A stretch of 64,000 bases of DNA from a virus. Its lineage: Duplodnaviria; Caudoviricetes. Positions 38,943 through 49,070 of the stretch are shown in pieces. The DNA is taken from the IMG/VR virus record IMGVR_UViG_3300032030_002018; one strand, 5' to 3'. The position numbers and the translations under genes were made by a program. Position 1 is the first letter of the stretch, and each line of letters starts with the position of its first letter. The notes under the pieces were generated by a model. That model had not been told where the DNA came from and made no database searches. It saw nothing but the letters and a program-made list of their open reading frames with translations.

Positions 38943-38972
38943 AACCACCAATGTTTCACAACATCAGTGGTT
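38943..38972 (-). terminator. repeated terminator family CCAyyGATGTTGTGAAACATTGGTGG-Tn (also ~42733, 44813, 47756, 52980, 54965)
   Basis: near-identical hairpins with U tract on the minus strand. Confidence 0.75.
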
Positions 38973-39452
38973 CTAACACAGTCTTATATTTATGAACAAT
39001 GCAAATGTAAGAAATTTATTTCATATTGCCAAATAATTTGCAAAGAAAATCACATTAAAATTTGCTTTTTTCAAATTAAACATATATCTTTGCAATGTCT
39101 ATATAGATATATTAGATAATTGCAATTATTTGGGGATAATGCTTTCGATGGGGATTAGAAAGCATTATCCTCTTTTTTTATGTATATATCTCCATCTGTC
39201 ACAAATGTAAGAAATTTATTTTGCGTTTCCAAATAAATTAACATAAAAATTTCAATAAAATTATTCAAAAAAAGTGGTTGCAATATTTGGTTGTTTCATT
39301 TAAATTGCTTACATTTGTGTCAGCAAATGTTATGCAATGGTATATGAATAGATGTATTAAAAAAAATGAAAAAAAGTTACTCAAATATTTGGTTATATCA
39401 AAAAAATAGTTTACATTTGCAATGTTGTTAAACCAATAAAACCATATAGGAT

Positions 39453-40130
39453 ATGAACAGAAGAACATTTGAATTAGTTAGCAATGAATTGTCAAAGTTT
39501 GCTCCCAATGTGCCAATGTGGGGTCGCAGACAGAACTTTGAGGACAATAGTGTAATAACATTAGGTCAGTTAAATCATATATATACTTTGACTGACCTTG
39601 AGCGCGTTATGGCAACCAAAGGTTTGGATGAGGATAGCAAGAACTACCATAGGAGAAGATGGTTTCACACTTGGTGTGCTTGGATTGATGAATACCTATT
39701 CTACTCACTCCCAAATGTGACCAAGAATAGTGATGAGTATAGTCCTGATTGGGATATTGAATTTGACAATGGCGAACAATATGACATCAAGTCCACAAAG
39801 GTTCTTGCAAGGATTGAGAAGAACAAGTCCTTTGATTGGATATTGAAGAATCACACAGACATCATTGAGAGTTTGGAGAGCAATGCAAGTACAAGTCGCA
39901 AGACTGACCAAGATAGATTGTATGTGCTTACGTATAGTCACAAAGGTCACACACAGACAGACCACGATAGGGTTGCAGTTGATTGGGAGTTGAAGAAGAA
40001 GGCTTTCAAGTATGTGGCTGACCACATTGATGACATTAATGTGTTCTACCACAATGGTGTGAATGTGGTGATTCTCTATTTGATTGAGAACAATGATGGT
40101 TCAACTAAATTCTTCACCTATGAGACTTAA
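39453..40130 (+). CDS. hypothetical, possible PD-(D/E)XK nuclease
   Basis: E..F ... WDIEF ... YDIKST spacing. Confidence 0.45.
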   Translation: MNRRTFELVSNELSKFAPNVPMWGRRQNFEDNSVITLGQLNHIYTLTDLERVMATKGLDEDSKNYHRRRWFHTWCAWIDEYLFYSLPNVTKNSDEYSPDWDIEFDNGEQYDIKSTKVLARIEKNKSFDWILKNHTDIIESLESNASTSRKTDQDRLYVLTYSHKGHTQTDHDRVAVDWELKKKAFKYVADHIDDINVFYHNGVNVVILYLIENNDGSTKFFTYET

Positions 40131-40296
40131 TAATTGTGAAATCACTTATGATTACATTGACAAGAACAATGTATATCGTGTTGAGACTGAAACAACAATC
40201 AGTTATTTCCCCACATTTGTTTGCGCCGCGCAATATGCAATGTTGACAAGTGAAATGAAGACCTTGTTTGAAGTGTGGCGTCCCTTTTTGACATAG
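40120..40296 (+). CDS. hypothetical protein
   Basis: overlaps previous stop; ends at the palindrome. Confidence 0.5.
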   Translation: MRLNNCEITYDYIDKNNVYRVETETTISYFPTFVCAAQYAMLTSEMKTLFEVWRPFLT

Positions 40297-40438
40297 GTAC
40301 TTAATTTAGTACCATATAGATTTGGATATATAAAACGTATTAATTATATTTCATTTATGAATATCTATCGTTTAACAAGAGTAAAATTTCCTGTGGTTTT
40401 TCCAAACACAAAGGAATCGTTTCAATTACAACCTTTTT

Positions 40439-40654
40439 ATGCCAAAATCAAATCATTTAAGATATATGGAGACGAATAGTGAAGATAGGTTGCTTGATTA
40501 CATTGATGAATTGGAATCAGCAAAGTGCAAATTGGTGGATAACAATGACAGATTGAGAAGAGATATAATGCGTTTAAAATCAGTCATAGTGTCAAAGAAT
40601 GTATTGATTGTATGTATGTCCATTGTTATTTTATTGCTTTTAATATTCAAATAA
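40439..40654 (+). CDS. small coiled-coil membrane protein
   Basis: coiled segment plus C-terminal TM. Confidence 0.55.
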   Translation: MPKSNHLRYMETNSEDRLLDYIDELESAKCKLVDNNDRLRRDIMRLKSVIVSKNVLIVCMSIVILLLLIFK

Positions 40655-40719
40655 ACACAAAAGAACAATCCCCACATCAGTAATATGGTGTGGGGATTTT
40701 TTGTTATTTACCAAACAAT

Positions 40720-41001
40720 TTAGCAATAAGAATGTAGTTTATATTTTTTATTTGGGTTTTTCTTTCTCAATTCCCTTAATTTATCTTCAACTTGTGCGTG
40801 CGAACTCAAATCATAAAGAACCTTATCTGTATCAGCATCAACAATAAGTTCTCCATTCTTCACCTCATAATCCTTATAATATCTCTTTTTCTTATTGCCA
40901 CTTTGGTCTTGTTTGCCATAGGCACTTTCCCTTAATATTCTTCTTACAGACCTATCAACCATCCTGTATAGGTCACTTTCAGTTAATTTAATTCTTCTCA
41001 T
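40720..41001 (-). CDS. LTESDL-leader protein
   Basis: MRRIKLTESDLYRMVDRSVRRILRE. Confidence 0.75.
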   Translation of the reverse strand: MRRIKLTESDLYRMVDRSVRRILRESAYGKQDQSGNKKKRYYKDYEVKNGELIVDADTDKVLYDLSSHAQVEDKLRELRKKNPNKKYKLHSYC

Positions 41002-41105
41002 ATCTAATTTTTTTTATTATAAATATAAAGAAAGTTTGAAAAAGATTTGTTCATATCAAATAAATTGTTTACATTTGGGATGTAATCATTAAAATAGATA
41101 AGTAT

Positions 41106-41363
41106 ATGAACAAGAACATTGAAACATACATTGAGATTGTGCTTGGGATTATATCCAATGATTATCCCAAAGCGAATGCCATCATTGAAGGCAATGCCAT
41201 TAAGCTCTTTATTGGTAATGCCTATGTCAATGAGATTGTTGTAATCTCCAATGGTAATACATTGGTAATATCCATTGAAGAAAAACCATTCTTCTCATTT
41301 GACATTAATGATGATGATATAACAGATGCAATTATTGAACCTTTAAATTGGATATTAGGATGA
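41106..41363 (+). CDS. hypothetical early protein
   Basis: ORF after promoter. Confidence 0.65.
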   Translation: MNKNIETYIEIVLGIISNDYPKANAIIEGNAIKLFIGNAYVNEIVVISNGNTLVISIEEKPFFSFDINDDDITDAIIEPLNWILG

Positions 41364-41536
41364 GTATAGAAGACATTCAAAACGAATTGGTTTCAAGGGA
41401 AAAGGATTATGACCTTGAAGGTGTTGAAATCACAGAGGAAGATGCACTCTATGTGAATTTGCTTATGAAAGGCGGATATAGTTTAGAAGTTGCCATTGGC
41501 AAATGCCTTGAGGGAATCTATGAGTGCTTGAACTAA
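41360..41536 (+). CDS. hypothetical protein
   Basis: ATGA overlap with previous gene. Confidence 0.6.
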   Translation: MSIEDIQNELVSREKDYDLEGVEITEEDALYVNLLMKGGYSLEVAIGKCLEGIYECLN

Positions 41537-41658
41537 CAACCCACACACACAAAAGAATAATCCCCACATCAGTAAAATGGTGTGGGGATTTTTTGTTATT
41601 TACATCTCTCTCTGACACAAATGTAAGCAATTTATTTTAGACTACCAAATATTTTAAC

Positions 41659-41897
41659 AAAAAAAATGCAACAGAAAACTGACAAGTTCTGTTGCATTCT
41701 CTGATGTTGTCTAAATCAGCACCAACATCTGTGGTGACTTATGATTCTTTGTCCCTACAAGGTGTTTCTTTTTCCACCTTAATCAGAAGTAGGGTAGCGG
41801 TCTAATCTCCGCACAGATACCATCCTATCTTGGCCGCGGTCCTCAGGTATCGTTAGATGTCCCTCCATCAGTATTGTTGTGCCATATTGACACAATG
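41659..41897 (-). ncRNA. candidate structured ncRNA (~230 nt)
   Basis: own promoter and terminator, no ORF, GC-elevated, nested helices. Confidence 0.6.
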
Positions 41898-42029
41898 GCA
41901 AATGTATATTATTTATTTTGATTTACCAAATTATTTAACAATAAATATTTAATTAAAATAATTGGGTAAACATTTGGATATATCAGATAAATTGTTTACA
42001 TTTGGAATGTAATCAAAACAATAATAGAT

Positions 42030-42278
42030 ATGTTACCAAGATTTATCAAGTACAACCTTGATGGTTATAGAGGGTATGAAGTGGTTAAATTCCCTCTAAA
42101 AATCTTCCAAAGGAAAGATGGTCAATGGGTTGTTTGGTATGCTCACGATGGCGCAGAATGGGCAATTGTGGTCTTCAATGACTTTGACAAAGAGAAAGCC
42201 ATCGCCGATATGGAAGAATATATCAAGAAACATAAGGTTAATGAAAGGAAAGTATTTCAAATAGGAGATTTACCATAA
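42030..42278 (+). CDS. hypothetical early protein
   Basis: ORF after promoter. Confidence 0.65.
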   Translation: MLPRFIKYNLDGYRGYEVVKFPLKIFQRKDGQWVVWYAHDGAEWAIVVFNDFDKEKAIADMEEYIKKHKVNERKVFQIGDLP

Positions 42279-42592
42279 TGAGCAAAAGTTATTCAAATTA
42301 CAAAACCATTGGTGTGTGCTATGGTAACAACACACCATATTACAAAGCGCGTCGTCGCAAGTTTCGCTCAAAGAACAACCAATCAATAAGGAACTTGCTT
42401 GCGCATTCCTCAATTGAGGATTTTGATGACAATTACCAACCATTCATTCAGCCAACCAAGGATTCTTGGGATGAACCAACAGATGGTTCTTATAAGGTCA
42501 CTTACAATGGCAAATATGGTGGTCCAACATTCAAATATTCACCAATCATTTACAAAGGTGTGTATTTCATCAATGGTAAAGTAAAGAAGTAA
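42278..42592 (+). CDS. hypothetical protein
   Basis: overlapping stop/start with previous gene. Confidence 0.65.
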   Translation: MSKSYSNYKTIGVCYGNNTPYYKARRRKFRSKNNQSIRNLLAHSSIEDFDDNYQPFIQPTKDSWDEPTDGSYKVTYNGKYGGPTFKYSPIIYKGVYFINGKVKK

Positions 42593-42797
42593 AGTTTCAT
42601 ATCAAAATAGGTTTTATTAGGTTTTTTCTGTGCGCAATTTCCTCTGGATTTTGCGCATTTTTTATGTTAAATTATTTGTTTATCTCAAATAAATTGTTTA
42701 CATTTGTGACAGAGGGAGATGTATACAAAAAAATGCCACCAATGTTTCACAACATCAATGGCATACCCTAACTAACCTTATATATATTACTAACCTT

Positions 42798-43073
42798 TTA
42801 AGCCTCTACGATTGCAATTCTATTCCCATCCCTAATTAGTTTTGGGAGATAGATGTCAAGTGCGTGATATGGAAAACCCGCCATCCTTGGTGAACTCCTC
42901 TCATTTGGATTAAGAGATATCACTGTGACACCTGTCACTCTTCCGAGTGTTAAGGCATCCCCATCGTATGTTTCATAGAAATTCCCACACCTCATTAGTA
43001 TGAGGCACTCACTATGCTTTTTCCTATATTCCTTGAATGCCTTATAGGTCTTTGATTCTGTGAAGTTCTCCAT
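42798..43073 (-). CDS. stand-alone MutS domain I protein
   Basis: ILMRCGNFYETYDGDA...MAGFPYHALDIYLPKLIRDGNRIAIVE. Confidence 0.85.
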   Translation of the reverse strand: MENFTESKTYKAFKEYRKKHSECLILMRCGNFYETYDGDALTLGRVTGVTVISLNPNERSSPRMAGFPYHALDIYLPKLIRDGNRIAIVEA

Positions 43074-43247
43074 ATCTCTTATTGTTTTTGATTACATTCC
43101 AAATGTAAGCAATTTATTTTAAATTACCAAACATTTTAGTAACTTTTTTCAATAAAAAAAATTAAATTTTTCTACGATTTTATTTGGTTATATCGGATAA
43201 ATTGTTTACATTTACATCAAGTTAAACCAATAAAACATATAGGATAT

Positions 43248-43982
43248 ATGAAACAATACATCGTTGAATTAGTGACAAAGGACGCCCCATACATTTGTTT
43301 GGGATATGTCAAGAATGATTCGATAGAGTCTAACGTTCTCAATTTCGCAAGGGATATTGAGGATGCCATTGTTGTTTGTGACAAGTCAACAATGGATAAG
43401 GTTTTGGAACTCATCTCAAAGCACAATAAGAATGGCGTTCGTGTGATGGATTGGATTACACAATTTGGTTGTAAAGAAAGAGTGTTTAACAATGAAATAA
43501 CTTGGTAATATGGACATAAGATTTGAAATTGAAATGGTTGAGAATGGTAGATTGCTCCATTCCTCAATGGTGAACTCTTCTTTTACTATTAAGGATGTAA
43601 TTGAGTTTTATGGTTTGAATGAGGGTGATATTTCCTCATACACAATCAAAAAGATTAAGGATGGAAAAGTAGTAAGAACTATAAATGTGAACAAATGACA
43701 AAACAACAGATACTTGACAAAACAAAGGATTGCGCTATCATTGAGGTATATAAGACTGATGAGACAAAGCGCGTTCATACTGACCACATCAAATATATTG
43801 GTCTTGGTTTCTTTGACAATAGGGAGATAGATGTTCTTCCATTTGATTCAAATGGTGAATGTAATATTGACCTATATATAATGGATAAGAATGAATATTC
43901 TTCAACCATTATTGTCAATTCAAATGAACAATGGGAATTGGGTGATGATGATACCATCGCAGTTATTGTTGTGACTGCGTGA
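43248..43982 (+). CDS. three small hypothetical genes (43248..43508, 43510..43698, 43695..43982)
   Basis: tightly spaced ORFs between a promoter and a terminator. Confidence 0.6.
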
Positions 43983-44282
43983 GGCTTTGTGTAAGGCGTT
44001 AAAAAGAAACAACCGCTCATTTGGTTATGGGCGGTTGTTTTTTGCTTTATATAAAGGCATAGGTACTTAATTCAGTACTATATAGGGTATATTACCTTTC
44101 CTCTGTTACATTAACTATTCTGCTTTCCATTTCATCTTCAAGAACAAACTCATTGATGTCAGCGTCCTCTGCGGCGTCTCTTGCTTTTCCCAATGCCATT
44201 CCCTCATCATCTGCTTGTACTGTAAAGATGCCTTTTGCCTTATAAACAATTTCCACACTATATAACATAACTCTTCTTGATT

Positions 44283-44645
44283 TTAATATTCAACATTGAA
44301 TGTATCTTTTTCTCTATATGAATTTGTATCTTCCATATATTCCATTTTAACACCATTCTTGAATAGTTCATTGAATGTGCTGATAATATCCATAATGGTT
44401 ATTTCAGCATCGTCTTTCAATTCAAGTTCTTTTCTGATGGTTTCTTGGGCTTCCTTGCTTTCATTGATGAATTGCACTCTTGGATAAATCATTGAGTATT
44501 CATCTCCATTGTAATCAGGACAATAGGCAAAACCATCATAGACCTCCCAATCCATTGGGTTGTCAAAACCACAGATGTTAAGCTGACATTTATGCAAGAC
44601 CTTTCCATAAAGTCTTTCCAAGTCTTTTTCACTGATTCTTTCCAT
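44283..44645 (-). CDS. hypothetical protein
   Basis: acidic ORF starting MERISEKD. Confidence 0.6.
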   Translation of the reverse strand: MERISEKDLERLYGKVLHKCQLNICGFDNPMDWEVYDGFAYCPDYNGDEYSMIYPRVQFINESKEAQETIRKELELKDDAEITIMDIISTFNELFKNGVKMEYMEDTNSYREKDTFNVEY

Positions 44646-44887
44646 ATTGATTTCAATTATAATATTAACAATACAAATATACACTAAAAAGAATCATTTC
44701 CAAAATTATAAATCTTAAAAAATCTTAATATCAGATTTATAATACACATACCTTGGTCTGACACAAATGTAAACAATTTATTTGAAATAACCAAATAAAA
44801 ACACAAAAAAATGCCACCAATGTTTTCAACATCGATGGCACACACAAACCAATAAACCCTTTTGAAATATGAAAGCGCGTAACAACT

Positions 44888-44996
44888 TGGTTGTATGAGT
44901 AGGATTCGAACCTACGAAGTCTCATAAGAGACAGATATGTTTACAGACATATCCCCATTTGTCCCGATGATTTCCATCTTCCTTTGGTATCATACA
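44888..44996 (-). tRNA. atypical tRNA-Tyr(GTA)-like gene, copy 1, CCA encoded
   Basis: acceptor tgtatga/tcataca, T-arm gtaggTTCGAATcctac, long variable arm, anticodon loop ctGTAa, extra hairpin in D-loop. Confidence 0.65.
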
Positions 44997-45002
44997 CATA
45001 AT

Positions 45003-45112
45003 TTGTTGTATGAGTAGGATTCGAACCTACGAAGTCTCATAAGAGACAATGCTTTTACCAAGCATCCCATTTGTCCCATCAGCGTGATGCTGATTTCCTT
45101 TGGTATCATACA
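45003..45112 (-). tRNA. atypical tRNA-Tyr(GTA)-like gene, copy 2
   Basis: same scaffold; anticodon arm atgct-tgGTAaa-agcat; different D-loop hairpin. Confidence 0.6.
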
Positions 45113-45188
45113 AGAGCAGATTTGTGCTTGCATTAACCTACAAGGTGGCATCGCACCCACTCCAATCTGCGAGGAGTATGTCTATATA

Positions 45189-45440
45189 TTATGCAGTGAG
45201 CATAATCATCTGTTTCTTGTCTTCGGGCGTATTCACCCACCACTCATCATACTCATCTTGAAGAGTATAATCTGTTGGTTCATAGGAGTGACGATTGCCA
45301 TCAAAGTTCTTTTGAAGAGCGCAATTCCTCTTGTAGATTTGCTCAAAGAACTCTTCCTTTGTATCGGCTGACCATCTTTCAGTTCTATTGACTGCTCCTT
45401 GCCAACCATCTTCACCAATGTAATTAACCTCAAATGTCAT
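45189..45440 (-). CDS. hypothetical protein
   Basis: 83-aa ORF after a TAtcTTTG promoter. Confidence 0.6.
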   Translation of the reverse strand: MTFEVNYIGEDGWQGAVNRTERWSADTKEEFFEQIYKRNCALQKNFDGNRHSYEPTDYTLQDEYDEWWVNTPEDKKQMIMLTA

Positions 45441-45527
45441 TGTCTATTTCCTTTCTTTTTTTTACAATGCAAAGATATATGTTTTATTTTAAAAAACCAA
45501 ATTCCTTAACATTCTTTAAGATTTTTG

Positions 45528-46088
45528 TGGGCTCAGTAGGGCTTGAACCTACGACCTCCAGATTCCTACCACTCTATGTTACCATAGCCAAACAAAACTG
45601 AGAGATTCGAACTCTCTGACTTTTAACAGTAACTCCACTGCTTTGTTTGTTGTGGTCTGGACTGTCTCAGTACCATATTGAAATTCTTGCAAGATATGAA
45701 TATATACTACTCGCACTTTTCAAAGCGTTACCTTTTAATAGGTGTATTATTCTCTCATATATACCCATAATTTCAACTTAGGTATCTCCCGTTCAGTCTC
45801 TACACGATTATGAGGTGTATAACTATGTTCAAATTCAACCGTCTCTTTCAACGATTCTTTTTGGACTTTCACCAACTGTGGTAGATGGCTTACTTCCATA
45901 GTTATTCTTTTCATTTTCGCTCGGTATTGTCCTTACACATTATTGTTTAGTGTTTTAACTTAGACAACCTTAAATTTCTGTCGCAAAGGGTTTCCACCGA
46001 ATTTAGGAGATTCTACTATGGGATTTCTCGCCATAGCACACAATTTTGCTAATGAGTCTGTTACTCTGACCAACTGAGTTATGAGCCC
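45528..46088 (-). tRNA. tRNA-Ile2(CAT) interrupted by a group I intron (exons 46052..46088 and 45528..45564)
   Basis: spliced product gggctcataactcagttggtcagagtaacagactCATaatctggaggtcgtaggttcaagccctactgagccca is a full cloverleaf; Ile2 rather than Met is inferred from body sequence. Confidence 0.85.
45565..46051 (-). ncRNA. group I intron (487 nt, no ORF)
   Basis: 5-prime exon ends in U, intron ends in G; P aaattcggtggaa, Q caataccgagc, R gtagagactga, S gacagtccagac elements. Confidence 0.85.
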
Positions 46089-46211
46089 TTTATTGTTTTC
46101 AATACCAATCTCTCTGCGTCATATTCATTATTCTCTGCTTTATTGTTATTTTTTCAACATTGCAAATGTACACAATTTATTTGAAGATTCCAAATTTTTG
46201 AAAGACTTTTT

Positions 46212-47592
46212 TTAATTTTCTTCCTTAAAATCTGCGTGTATGATTTCGCTATAATAGTCATCTTCAAATTCTCCAAGAGAGTAATATACGAAGATTGTTG
46301 CCTTTAGTATGAACACATCTATTGTGCCAAACTCTTTCTGAATATCAATTTCAAATACATAGCCATTTTCGGCCTCACGAATCCAATAGGCATAGTCTTC
46401 ATCATCATAGTTTCTGTCAAAGTCCTCTGTGTCAAGGTTGAAATTGAATTGAGACCCGTTGTAGGTTCTGAACTCTACTGATAGTTTCATATCTCTTATT
46501 GTTTTATTTGTTATATGACAAATGTAAACAATTTATTTGATATTTCCAAATTTGTGGAAAACTTTTTTTCAATTATTTCTAACACCACTGAAAAAATCAA
46601 ACATTCTTTTATGAAAGTCATCATCCATATTGGAGTAATACTCCCATTCGGAATTAATTGTGTGGTGCAATCTTCCGTCTTTCAACTCAAGAGGAAGAAA
46701 ATAGTTCTCTTGCTGATATACAACCTTTTTATCTATTGTAATCTTAACAATACAATTTGTAAGAAAAGCACCACCACCAATACTGCGACTTGTCTTAATC
46801 AAAAGTGGTATGGGTCTGATACCGGTTGACTTACCAACATACCCAATAGTATCATATACGTTGCACCAATCTTCGCCGGTGTTTCTATCACCATAGAATA
46901 CTCTGATACGCTTGCCACTATTATAAGCATCATTCAATATGTCCATAACAGAATTCGGTGTGTTCTCATTGAAATAAAACGCTCCATTCTTAATCTTTTC
47001 CATATCTTTATTCTGTTTTTATTGGTTGTTTGTTGATGTAAATGTAAACAATTTATTTGATATATCCAAATTATTCATAAGATAAATTGGTGAAAATCTC
47101 ATAAATTCCTTCAATATCACTTATTGGATACTCCAAACCATCAGAGAAAATAACCAATCTTTTCTCATTTTTCCAATAATCCATTGATATGGATTCATAA
47201 TAATAAGTACACCCATTTATATCAACAGAACCACTATGTTCATTCCCACGCTCTTGTAAGATGCTTTCAATGGCATCTAACATATCATTGCGCAAGACAT
47301 TTATTCTATCCTTGAACTCTTTCATATCTGTTTATTGGTTATTGGTTATAGTGCAAATGTAAATAATTTATTTTATTCTACCAAACTTTTTTTAAGAAAT
47401 TATCTCATATTTAATACCCCAACAAGTGCATACCATATTCAAAGCACTTATTAAAGGAGCATTATCTAAATATGTGATTGTGTCAGCGTCCTCAACTTCA
47501 TCGCACATTTCAACAAAGTCATCTACAAGGGTTTTAGCATTCATAACACCATCATAAACCCCTTCAGTGTCTTGTAATATCTTAATTAGCAT
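46212..47592 (-). CDS. four small hypothetical genes (46212..46490, 46569..47003, 47071..47325, 47392..47592)
   Basis: each ORF preceded by its own promoter repeat. Confidence 0.65.
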
Positions 47593-47815
47593 AATTATTT
47601 TATTGGTTACATTACAAATGTAAACAATTTATTTTAATCTACCAAACTTTTGGATTATTTTTTTTTATCTTTTTTATATGCACATCCTGAGCGCATCTCT
47701 CTCTGACACAAATGTAAACAATTTATTTTATATTTCCAAATAAATTAACAAAAAATCCACCAATGTTTCACAACATCAGTGGATTATAAATACTTAATAC
47801 AAAATCTAAAATATA

Positions 47816-48607
47816 CTATGAAATCCCATAGACTTGTTCATACTTCCTAAAATCGCAAGTCTTAATCTTCACAATCAATCTCTCCCCCATTCTTGTTCTC
47901 AACCCAAATGGTGCTTTCAATACCAATCCCTCTGCATCATAGTCCTTGTTCTCTGCAATGGTTGATTTAAACCCTTTCTTGACAAATTCTATTGCCTCAT
48001 CAATGGTCATCATTCCCATATTTGGAACACAAGGCGCACCCATCTTCTCTGCAATACCCCTATAATTGTCTGTAAGTAGATAGGTATCATTTACCTTAAC
48101 ATCAAAGACAATGAACCCAACACCATTCCTAATGTAGTTTCCACCACTCTGTATCTTCATACCATAACCCTCACCATATATGGTATAAAGATTTGGAATT
48201 CTCCCAAAATCAGGCTCACCCTTTTCATTCACCCAACGATGCCCCCCAAATTCATCAGTTGGGATGAATACCTTTAACCCCAATGCCTTCAACACCACAC
48301 TTGCAGGGTATTTCTCCTCTAAGAACGCAAGCAGATGCTCCGGAATCTGCGCACTATCCGTCTTACCCTTATACTCAACATAAAATGAAACCCCTATAAG
48401 TTTCTCCCCATTATCCACCAAATCACGATGCACCTCAATGCGAATGTTTGTACCATCAATCTTTTCAGTTGCCTCCCATTTGATTCCTCTCAACACCTCA
48501 AATTCTGGGGAGACAAAACTCCCATCAAGTATGATGATATTTTTGTCATCCCTCTTGAATAGGGTGTTTATTTTCTGATAAGTATTTGAACTCCTTTTCT
48601 GTGCCAT
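47816..48607 (-). CDS. RNA ligase, Rnl2-like nucleotidyltransferase
   Basis: motif I EKIDGTN, YGEGYG, FIVFDV, EGLVLK, KIK. Confidence 0.85.
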   Translation of the reverse strand: MAQKRSSNTYQKINTLFKRDDKNIIILDGSFVSPEFEVLRGIKWEATEKIDGTNIRIEVHRDLVDNGEKLIGVSFYVEYKGKTDSAQIPEHLLAFLEEKYPASVVLKALGLKVFIPTDEFGGHRWVNEKGEPDFGRIPNLYTIYGEGYGMKIQSGGNYIRNGVGFIVFDVKVNDTYLLTDNYRGIAEKMGAPCVPNMGMMTIDEAIEFVKKGFKSTIAENKDYDAEGLVLKAPFGLRTRMGERLIVKIKTCDFRKYEQVYGIS

Positions 48608-48612
48608 TTTTC

Positions 48613-49056
48613 CTACTTGTTTTTATCAAGATACTCTTTGAGGTTGTGCCACTCTGTGTCTTCATCGCTTTGGAAATACCAATTTCCATCCTCAAACTTA
48701 TACACATACTCTTCCTCACAAATTGGTGTATCAAGTTGAGCGGGTTCTACAAATCCCTCTCTTGCACAATAGTATGCAAGGCAACCACCATTGATTGATG
48801 ATACATCTCCACCCAACACAAGATTCAATGCTTTGTCATAGTCATTGAAATCATCTATAAGGGTTTGTCCCACGCCCTCGGGATATCCATCCCAATGATG
48901 ATAGATTTGTATGACAGGTTTGTTAATGGTGACTTCTTCCATTACCTCTACACCTTCTGCCACTCTGTCCTTTGGGAGTTTGTTCTCATCAAACTTAATT
49001 GTTTTCCCAAGGTCTTCATTTTTGACCACAACTGCGATATTACTTCTTGTTGCCAT
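48613..49056 (-). CDS. hypothetical phage protein
   Basis: MATRSNI...YHHWDGYPEGVG motif. Confidence 0.7.
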   Translation of the reverse strand: MATRSNIAVVVKNEDLGKTIKFDENKLPKDRVAEGVEVMEEVTINKPVIQIYHHWDGYPEGVGQTLIDDFNDYDKALNLVLGGDVSSINGGCLAYYCAREGFVEPAQLDTPICEEEYVYKFEDGNWYFQSDEDTEWHNLKEYLDKNK

Positions 49057-49070
49057 ATCTTTATTGTTTT

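Noticed and set aside
38943-38972. parS site within tgtttcacaaca
   Set aside because: Only half of the parS palindrome; it forms the top of a terminator hairpin followed by a U tract
44888-45112. CRISPR array
   Set aside because: Only two units, each folding as a tRNA-like cloverleaf; no constant-length spacers and no cas genes
45114-45178. Theta/HDV-like ribozyme call
   Set aside because: Lies 5-prime rather than 3-prime of the tRNA-like gene and I could not build the nested double pseudoknot; kept only as an unnamed structure
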